Of a stretch of DNA of 64,000 bases, positions 37,029-46,600 are shown one piece after another (position 1 is the first letter of the stretch; each line of letters opens with the position of its first letter). This DNA comes from Mustelus asterias. Lineage: Eukaryota. The position numbers were made by a program, and so were the translations under genes. A model generated the notes under the pieces. It ran no database searches. It was given only the letters and a program-made list of their open reading frames with translations, and was not told the DNA's origin. The stretch is from the NCBI RefSeq assembly GCF_964213995.1, contig NC_135808.1, positions 21,638,001 through 21,702,000 on the forward strand, given 5' to 3'.

Positions 37029-38612
37029 TTGGAAACTGGCAGTTTCGAGATGCAATTATACAACTCATCCGCTTCATCCTGGACCACCATGTCTTCACCT
37101 TCAACAACCAGTTCTTCATCCAGACACACGGAACAGCCACGGGGACCAAATTCACACCTCAATATGCCAACATCTTCATGCACAGGTTCAAACAAGACTT
37201 CTTCACCGCACAGGACCTTTAACCGATGCTATTCACCAGATACATCGATGATATTTTCTTCCTTTGGAGTCATGGTGAGCAATCACTGAAACAAGTATAT
37301 GATTACATCAACAAGTTCCATCCAACCATCAGACTCACCATGGACTACTCTCCGGAATCGGTTGCATTCTTGGACACACGCATCTCCATTAAGGACGGTC
37401 ACCTCAGCACCCCACTGTACCGCAAGCCCACAGATAACCTCACGAAGCTCCACTTCTCCAGCTTCCACCCTAAACACGTTAAAGAAGCCATCCCCTACGG
37501 ACAAGCCCTCCGAATACACAGGATCTGCTCGGATGAGGAGGATCGCAACAGACACCTCCAGACGCTGAAAGATGCCCTCATAAGAACAGGATATGGTGCT
37601 CGACTCATCGATCAACAGTTCCGATGCACCGACCTCCTCAGAAGACAAACACGGGACATGGTGGACAGAGTACCCTTCGTTGTTCGGTACTTCCCCAGAG
37701 CGGAGAAGCTACGGCATCTCCTCCGGAGCCTTCAACATGTCATTGATGAAGACGAACATCTCGCCAAGGCCTTCCCCACACCCTCACTTCTTGCCTTCAA
37801 ACAACCGCGCAACCTCATACAGACCATTGTCCGCAGCAAACTACCCAGCCTTCAGGAGAACAGTGAACGCGACACCACACAACCCTGCCACAGCAACCTC
37901 TGCAAGACGTGCCGGACCATCGACATGGATGCCATCATCTCACATGAGAACACCATCTACCAGGTACACAGTACCTACTCTTGCAACTCGGCCAACATTG
38001 TCTACCTGATACGCTGCAGGAAAGGATGTCCCGAGGCATGGTACATTGGGGAAACCATGCAGACGCTACGACAACGGATGAATGAACACCACTCGACAAT
38101 CACCAGGCAAGACTGTTCTCTTCTTGTGGGGGAGCACTTGGTTCTTCGGGTAAGTGTTCTCCAAGGCGGCCTTCACGACACACGACAGCGCAGAGTTGCT
38201 GAGCAGAAACTGATAGCTAAGTTCCGCACACATGAGGACGGCCAAAACCAGGATGTTGGATTTATGTCACATTATCAGTTACCCCCACAGCTTGCCTCCT
38301 GGACTTGCAGGCTGTCCTGTCTGGAGACAATACACATCTCTTTAACCTGTGCTTAATGCTCCCTCCACCCACATTGTCTGTATCTTTAAGGCCTGGCTGG
38401 CTGTAGGGATTCGCATTCTAATCAGTATTCTGTAACTTGATTTTGTGTCTCTGTGCACTGTTTGAGAGCACATTTCCACTCCATCTGACGAAGGAGCAGC
38501 GCTCCAAAAGCTTATTGTATTTGCTACCAAATAAACCTGTCAGACTTTAACCTGGTGTTGTTAAACCTCTGACTGTGTTCACCCCAGTCCAACGCCGGCA
38601 TCTCCACATCAT
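37029..38612 (+). mobile_element. Penelope-like element, 5'-truncated: RT C-terminus, GIY-YIG endonuclease and pLTR
   Basis: QTHGTATGTKFTPQYANIFM, RYIDDIF, LYRKPT, NIVYLIRC..WYIGET..RMNEH; stop at 37220-37222; pLTR with a mutated hammerhead core at 38485-38512. Confidence 0.93.
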
Positions 38613-38619
38613 CCTCAAC

Positions 38620-39240
38620 ACATAAACACAATGGCTGCAAGACAGATCAGAGGCGAGGAATACTGTGGCAAGTAACTCACCTCCTGACTCCCCAGAGCCT
38701 ATTCACCATCTACAAGGCACAAGTCAGGAGTGTGATGGAATACTCCCCACTTGCCTGGATGGGTACAGCTCCAACAACACTCAAGAAGCTCAACACCATC
38801 CAGGACAAAGCAGCCCGCTTGATTGGCACCACATCTACAAATATTCAATCCGTCTCCCACCGGTGCTCAGTAGCAGCAGTGTGTACTATCTACAAGATGC
38901 ACTGCAGCAATTCACTGAAGATCCTTAGACAGCACCTTCCAAACACACGATCACTTCCATCTTGGAGGACAAGGGCAGCAGATAAATGGGAAGACCACCA
39001 ACTGCAAGTTCTCCTCCAAGCCATTCACCATCCTGACTTGCAAATATATCACCATTCCTTCGAGGTCACTGGGTCAAAATCCTAGGTTTCCCTCCCTAAC
39101 AGCATTGTGGGTCAACCCACAGAACATGAAGTGCAGCGATTAGGAAGGCAGGTCACCACCATCTTCCCAAGGGCAACTAGGGATGGGCAATAAATGCTGG
39201 TCAGCCAGCGACACCCATGTCCCGCGAATGAATAGAAAAA
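38620..39240 (+). mobile_element. L2-like LINE 3' fragment
   Basis: YKAQVRSVMEYSPLAWM..IQDKAARLIG; tail GGGATGGGCAATAAATGCTGG..GAATGAATAGAAAAA. Confidence 0.8.
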
Positions 39241-39619
39241 ATACATTTTCCACTTTCTGTCACTCCGAATAACTCCCTTTAGTCACGCTCTCTGCTTTCT
39301 GTCCCAAAGTCAGCGAGTGATCCATTCTGTCACTCATCCCCTAACTCCACATGCTTTGACCTTGTCAATCAGTCCATCACGAACCCCCTTTTCTATTACA
39401 TTTGAAAAATTATATGATATTATATCTATTACATTACCATTGTCTATTCCCTTTGTTACATCCTCAAAAAATGCACTAATTGGAGTAAAACAAGATTTTC
39501 CATTTCAAAATCCATGCTGAATATTCATTGTTATAGTATTTGATTCTAGATTTCCATGAATTGTCTCCAATAGAAGGAATTCCATTATTTTTCTGAACAT
39601 TGATCTGAATCTGACTGAA

Positions 39620-40920
39620 GTAAACTCCCAGGATGCACTGGGTCCGGTCCTACTGTAATATTTGAGATGATTTATTATTGTCACATGTATCGGTACACAG
39701 TGAAAAGTATTGTTCCTTGGATATATTGGGCTCTGTCTATCCTCTAATATGATGTGGAGATGCCGGCGTTGGACTGGGGAAAAAACAGTAAGAAGTCTCA
39801 CAACACCAGGTTAAAGTCCAACAGGTTTATTTGGTAGCAAAAGCCAGGAGCTTTCGGAGCGCTGCCCCTTCGTCAGGTAAGTGGGAGTTCTATTCATATT
39901 ATTTTGTAAATTGAGTTTGTGTCTTTATATGCCCTGTTTGTGAACAGAACTCCCACTTACCTGACGAAGGAGCAGAGCTCCGAAAGCTACTGGCTTTTGC
40001 TACCAAATGAACTTGTTGGACTTTAACCTGGTGTTGTGAGACTTCTTACTGTATCCTCGAATATACCAGGCACACGGTGCCCTACCTCCTGTAATATCCC
40101 AGGATACACTGTGTCATCGCATACAGTAATATCCCAGGATACACCAGGATCTGTCCATCCTCTGATGTCCCAGGCACACGGTGCCCCACCTCCTGTAATA
40201 TCCCAGGATACACCGGGCCCTGTAAGGCTGCAATATCTCAGGATACACTAGGATTTGTCCTATTATAATATCCCAGGATACACTGCATTCTGTATTACTG
40301 CAGTATCCCAGGATACACTAGGTCCTGTCATGCTGCAATATCCCACATACACTGGGCCCCACCACACTGTAATATCCCAGAACACCCCAGGTCCAGACTT
40401 ACTCTAATGTCCAATGATACACCAGGTGCTGTGCTACTGTAATATCCCAGGATACACAAGCACCATTCATACTTTAATATCCCAGGATACTCTGGGCTCT
40501 ATCGCACTGTAATCCCAGGATACACTGCTACCCGTGCGTCAATAATATCCCAAAATGCACTGGGTCTTGTCGTACAATAATATCCCTGGACACACTGGGC
40601 TCTGTCATACTCTAATATCCCAAGTAAACCAGGCCCTTGTGCACAGTAACATCCGAGGATACACTTGGCCTTGTCCTGACTGTAATATCGCAGGATACAC
40701 TGGGCCCTGACCAATTAAAGGATCTCATGATACACAGCGCCCTGTCCCACTGTAATGTCCAATAACGCAACGGGTCCTGTACTCCCAGTTATTTCCCAGG
40801 ATGCACCGGGCCCGGTCAGGCTGTAATATCCCATGGTACACCGGGCCTTATCCATCCTGTAATATCCCACAAGATACTGGATCCTGTTGCTCTGTAATAC
40901 AGCAGGATACAGTGGGGTAT
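39620..40920. repeat. Degenerate ~35-bp minisatellite array interrupted by a Penelope fold-back element
   Basis: Many diverged copies of CTGTAATATCCCAGGATACACTGGGCCCTGTCC. Confidence 0.85.
39749..40052. mobile_element. Non-coding Penelope-derived fold-back element (two inverted pLTR arms), each with a hammerhead core
   Basis: About 39785-39895 is the reverse complement of about 39941-40052; cores at 39845-39879 (-) and 39958-39992 (+). Confidence 0.85.
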
Positions 40921-41124
40921 GTTTCATGTCAAATCCATGGACACACAATTATTTCCCTCTAATGGTGGTGCCATGATATATAACACATTGAAGGTTAATA
41001 TTTATTTCCCTCTCTCTGTATCCCGGGCCTCAGGCTGTCCTGGGCTGACAGCTCAGCACTGACCCTCACTCCTGTGATCCTGGTCTGAGGCTGGGTCCTC
41101 TCTAACAGTGAGAAACAGTCTCAC

Positions 41125-41388
41125 TGTAAATCACCACCAGTGTCTCCTTCATCCCGCTGTGTTCCACCCGACAGGAATACTCGGCCTGGTCCTCTGGGTC
41201 AAACTCTACCCATTTCCGGATCTGGTAGGTGCTGTCGTGATTGGGTAAGATCCCACTGGACAGAGTCTCATCAATCACCACTCCGTCTCTCCACAGATTC
41301 ACCTCGATGTCTTGTGGGTAAAACCCGGTGACGGCACAGGACAGCCGGTTAGAATCACCCAGACGGGTAAAGGACACGACGGGGGCAA
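41125..41388 (-). pseudogene. MHC class I heavy chain, alpha3 (Ig C1) exon, open frame
   Basis: ctcAG acceptor and A|GTGAG donor; VAPVVSF..LSCAVTGFYPQDIEV..ILPNHDSTYQ..YSCRVEHSG; 264 nt. Confidence 0.93.
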
Positions 41389-41448
41389 CTGAGAGAGAAA
41401 GAAAGAGGAGTCAGTACAGGAACCTCGAGATAGAGAGTCCCGGCATCA

Positions 41449-41568
41449 CCCCCTTCACCGACTCTCACTCCCCCCCTCACTCACCAACTCTCACTCCCCC
41501 CTCACTCACCGACTCTCACTCCCCCCTCACTCACCGACTCTCACTCCCCCCTCACTCACCGACTCTCA
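41449..41568. repeat. 25-bp minisatellite (~4.5 copies) containing the alpha2 splice donor
   Basis: Unit CCCCCCTCACTCACCGACTCTCACT; minus strand GAGAGTCG|GTGAGTGAG. Confidence 0.9.
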
Positions 41569-41831
41569 ATTAACTCTGTCCGTACTCCAGGTATTTCCTC
41601 AGCCACTCGATACACTCCACCTCCAGGTAATGTTTCCATTGCTCGCTATTGGCCATATTCCTGTCCAACTTGTTTTTGGTGATCTCTCCCCAGGGCACGG
41701 GGTCACCCACACCATGTGATCCTTGTCGAAACTGAGAAAATCATGTCAGTCCCACCCGTACTGGTTGAATCCACTCGTGGTCCCATCATTCCTCAGGTCA
41801 CAGCCAGTCATCAGCTGGTAGAGATGGATCC
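41560..41831 (-). pseudogene. MHC class I alpha2 exon, disabled
   Basis: [29 protein letters not shown]..(1-nt deletion near 41700)..TKNKLD..HYLEVECIEWLRKYLEYGQS*LRV; acceptor is TG not AG at 41833-41832; TGA 41748-41746; TAA 41572-41570. Confidence 0.93.
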
Positions 41832-42028
41832 CAGTGGATCAGAAACACAAACAGCCAATCCGAGCCAGTCTCCCTGGAAACAATCCCTCCACACATTCAC
41901 AGCCAATCACATTTCCTGTCACATCTCCAATCGCAGCCAATGAGCCTCTGGCTCTCGGTTGCTGATCCACTCTGGGTTTCACCTCATTCCCACCTGGATC
42001 CCCGGGTGCTGGGAGAGTGAGCACTCAC

Positions 42029-42289
42029 CTCCTGTCTGGTTGCTGCGGGACATGTAGAGCGGAATATCAGCTTTCAAATACATCTCCTGCTCCTCTGTGA
42101 AGATCTTCTTCCGCTCCCAGGCTGCCGGACCCTCGCTCTCCACCATCCACTGCTCCCGGGGGATCAGCTCCCTCCGATCGCTGTCGTACATCACAAACTG
42201 GACACCGTCCACATAACCGACAGCCACAAACTCCGGGAAACCCGGGATCGGAGTCATTCCCGTGAAGAAATACCGGAGAGAGTGAGAGC
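42029..42289 (-). pseudogene. MHC class I alpha1 exon, open frame
   Basis: tttcAG acceptor and G|GTGAG donor; GSHSLRYFFTGMTPIPGFPEFVAVGYVDG..EGPAAWER..SRSNQTG with the N86 sequon; 261 nt. Confidence 0.95.
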
Positions 42290-42420
42290 CTGAAATAGAG
42301 AGAGAGAGAATTCAGGATAGACACCCTAAAAACACCATCACCCTCACACACACACACACACACACAGAGATCAGGGCATGAACCCCAAAACACTGATTCC
42401 AAACCGAGAGCAAGATCTCC

Positions 42421-42840
42421 ACCCAGCCTGGCATTGCCCCTCTCACACCCCATCACTCACTGACCCAGGGTTAATGCCCCAGTCCCCAGCCTGGCATTGC
42501 CCCTCTCACACCCCATCACTCACTGACCCAGGGTTAATGCCCCAGTACCCAGCCTGGCATTGCCCCTCTCACACCCCATCACTCACTGACCCAGGGTTAA
42601 TGCCCCAGTACCCAGCCTGGCATTGCCCCTCTCACACCCCATCACTCACTGACCCAGGGTTAATGCCCCAGTACCCAGTCTGGCATTGCCCCTCTCACAC
42701 CCCATCACTCACTGACCCAGGGTTAATGCCCCAGTACCCAGCCTGGCATTGCCCCTCTCACACCCCATCACTCACTGACCCAGGGTTAATGCCCCAGTAC
42801 CCAGCGTGGCATTGCCCCTCTCACATCCCATCACTCTGAC
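42421..42840. repeat. 63-bp minisatellite, about 6.6 near-identical copies
   Basis: Unit CCAGCCTGGCATTGCCCCTCTCACACCCCATCACTCACTGACCCAGGGTTAATGCCCCAGTAC. Confidence 0.95.
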
Positions 42841-43370
42841 CACCCACCAGCTTAACGAACTCCCTGAAAATAAAGAAAGGGGAAGTTTGGGGGAAAAAGT
42901 CATCTTGGCAGTTGGAAAAACTGGGTCGTATTGAATCGACCGCCCAGTATTCATTGTGCGGCTTTTAATGACCCAGACACGGTGGGCTGACTGCGCTATT
43001 TGTTGTCTGTGGTCGTTTGGGCCGAGTAGCAACCAGGACTTTTAGCTGTTCCTGGCAATGCAGCATCGCCCCTTTTAAATGATCAGGCAAGGTAAATAGG
43101 GGCCAATTTAATTACACTCACACATTCCTGTTTCCATGTTTATTCTTCCAGAAAAGGAGTTGATGGGTTCAATTTGCATTTTTCACTATTTTTCTTGCCA
43201 TTGAAGTCAATGTTAAAAAAAGAGGGGCAAAATCATAAGATGGTTGCACTGAAACGATGGCGCAAAGTTCAAATCTCCAAAAATAAATTAGTTACAGAGG
43301 GATTTTTTTAAATTTCCTGGAATCACGTCTACTTGAAACATATTTACAGAAGAAAGGCATTTACCCTATT

Positions 43371-43664
43371 TGTGGTGAACCATCGTTGGTTCACCACTGG
43401 GGTTGTTATTGTGTTACTGTTGGGCTAGGGTGTTGTTGTTATGGGGGTTGTACTATGTTGTTGGGTTAGGGTGTTTACCTGTCCTAAGTGTTATCATGGC
43501 ACACTCCAGTGGGGTCCCGCCTCCGGTGGCAGGGTATAAGACCCCCTGCTCCGGCAGGACCCCTTCAGTCTGAACGGGTGAATTTGTGTTAGTAGTTTCA
43601 TTGTTAATGTATTAAAGCCTTCAGTTCTAAAGCCTTGTTTCCGGGTGCTCATTGAGGTGCATCA
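43371..43664 (+). repeat. 5' LTR
   Basis: TGTGGTG..GCATCA; TATAAG at 43535, Inr-like TCAGTC at 43565, ATTAAA at 43611. Confidence 0.97.
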
Positions 43665-43686
43665 ATTTAATACATTAACTGAGAAT

Positions 43687-46600
43687 ATGGAACAGATCCT
43701 AAAACCGGATCGTCTGACACTGGACCCACGTGCGGTCGGTGCAGCTAACACGTTCGAACATTGGTGGAAGTGCTTCGAGGACTACCTGGCAGCCTCGGTA
43801 GCTATCACTACAGACAGTGATAGACTCCAGGTCCTCCACGCAAGGGTAAGCGACACGATTTACCTAGCCATTCGTGCAGCTTCCACTTACCAGGGTGCCG
43901 TCGAGCTCCTAAAGAATAGGTACATTACGCCACCCAACGAGATTCACGCTCGTTATCTCCTCGCTACACGACGTCGGCAGTCGGGCGAGACCATAGAAGA
44001 CTACGCCAATGAACTCCTGCAGCTTGCCAGGGGTTGTGACTGTAAGGATGTCTCCGCCGAGCAGTACATGCAAGACCTCGCCCGAGACGCGTTCGTAGCA
44101 GGGGTAGGGTCCTCGTACATCAGACTTAAATTATTAGAAAAGGGGAAACTCAACTTGACCCAGGCAATGGGGATGGCCGTGAGGTTGGAGGCGGCGTCGA
44201 AGAGCTTGGCGCTGTACCCCGAGGACCACGTGCAGTCAACGTGGTTGGAGCAAGCTCTGCTCCCTCCTCGCCCCGCGAACCCGCGCTCCCAGATCGATTC
44301 GACGACGGCGGCAGCTCCAGGTGGCCAGCGATGCTATTTTTGCGGTGGGGCCAAGCATCCACGGCAACAGTGTCCGGCAAGAACGGCAATCTGCAGCCAG
44401 TGCGGTAAAAAAGGCCACTACGGCAAAGTCTGCAGGTCCAAACCTAAAAACGGCAGTGCAGCTTGTAACCCTCCAGAACGGAGACCATCTCTTTCGGCGC
44501 TGCAGTACCCACGAGGTCCGACCACGTGCGATCTCAGGACGGCGCCATCGTGGCAGACAGAGGAGGAGGAAGACCACCAGGAGTCGCTGCGCTTGGAGCC
44601 CTCGGCCACATGCGATTCATGGGGGCGGCCATCATGGTCCACGACGACTAGGAGCGACCAGCAGGGGTCCTCAGCATCCACATCGGCAGCATGCAGCAGC
44701 GACCAGCAGGGGTCCTCAGCATCCACATCGGCAGCATGCAGCAGCGACCAGCAGGGGTCCTCAGCATCCACATCGGCAGCATGCAGCAGCGACCAGCAGG
44801 GGTCCTCAGCATCCACATCGGCAGCATGCAGTGACGCCCAGGGGCCAACGGTGGCGTCGATCTCTCTGGATCAGACCAGGCATTACAGACTGGAACATTC
44901 CATGATGGAGGTAAAGGTTAGTGGCAGAACTGTAAATTGTCTGTTTGACAGTGGGAGCACCGAAAGTTTCATACACCCTGAAACTGCTAAAAGGTGTGGA
45001 CTCCGGGTTCTCCCTGCCAAACAGACAATTTCCATGGCATCACAGTCCCGGTCTGTACCGATCCAAGGACGATGTATGGTAACTCTTGAGGTACAGGGCA
45101 CAGTTTACGAGCAATACAGGCTCCTTGTGCTACCTCACCTTTGCGCGCCACTTCTCCTCGGACTAAACTTTATGGCCCACATGAGGAGTGTGATCCTACA
45201 GTACGGTGGGCCACTCCCTTCACTGGCAGTAGGGAACCAGCCGCAGCCTCCAAATTGCCCAAAGCGCCCCGCGTGCAATCTATCCACCCTGAAGATCACG
45301 ACACCATCCCTTTTTAAAAATCTGGTACCTGGCTGCAAGCCCATCGCTACTAAAAGTAGGCGTTACAGCGCTGAGGACCGGATCTTTATTAGATCTGAGG
45401 TTCAGCGGCTCCTCAAGGAAGGGATCATACAGGCCAGTGCTAGTCCGTGGAGAGCGCAGGTCGTGGTAGTCAAAAGCGGGAACAAACCTCGGATGGTCAT
45501 CGACTATAGTCAGACCATTAATAGATACACGCAGCTGGATGCGTATCCTCTCCCGCGCATTTCTGATATGGTCAATCAGATTGCGCAGTACCGAGTGTTT
45601 TCTACCATAGACCTTAAGTCCGCCTACCATCAACTCCCCATCCGCCCAGAGGACCGACAATATACGGCTTTTGAGGCGGATGGTCGTCTATACCAATTCC
45701 TCAGGGTTCCATTTGGTGTCACCAATGGGGTCTCGGTCTTCCAGCGTGCTATGGACCGAATGGTGGACCAGAACGGGTTGCGGGCTACCTTCCCGTACCT
45801 GGATAACGTCACCATCTGCGGCCATGACCAGCAGGACCACGACACGAATCTCCAACACTTTCTACGCACTGCATCTCGCCTGAATCTGACCTATAACAGG
45901 GAGAAGTGCGTATTCCGTACGCGTAGGTTAGCCATCCTCGGATACGTGGTGGAAAACGGGGTCATTGGCCCTGATCCAGACCGTATGCGCCCACTCACTG
46001 AACTTCCCTTGCCCGCTAGCACGAAAGCACTGAGGAGATGCCTCGGGTTCTTTTCGTATTATGCACAGTGGGTCCCCAACTACGCGGACAAAGCTCGTCC
46101 GCTCATTAAGTCCACGACCTTCCCACTTACGCCGGAGGCCCAATTGGCCTTCAAGGTTTTGAAAAGCGACATCTCGAAAGCCACGATGCACGCGGTGGAT
46201 GAATCCATCCCTTTCCAGGTGGAGAGTGATGCATCGGACTTCGCCCTAGCCGCCACACTAAACCAGGCAGGCAGGCCCGTCGCGTTTTTTTCCCGCACCC
46301 TTCAAGGCCCAGAGATTCGGCACTCAGCGGTGGAAAAGGAGGCTCAGGCCATTGTGGAGGCAGTCAGACACTGGCGCCATTACCTGGCAGGTAAGCGGTT
46401 CACCCTGATCACGGATCAACGATCCGTGGCGTTTATGTTCAGTAACACGCAGAGGGGCAAGATCAAGAACGATAAGATCTTGCGGTGGAGAATTGAGCTC
46501 TCCACCTATAATTACGATATTATGTATCGTCCAGGGAAGCTCAATGAGCCCTCGGATGCCCTCTCGCGCGGAACATGCGCCATCATGCAGGAGGACCGCT

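Noticed and set aside
42378-42839. 153-aa repetitive ORF (PAWHCPSHTPSLTDPGLMPQY)n
   Set aside because: By-product of a stop-free 63-bp minisatellite in an intron
39620-42840. Tandem arrays as CRISPR-like repeat-spacer structures
   Set aside because: Contiguous minisatellites without unique spacers, in a eukaryotic context with no cas genes
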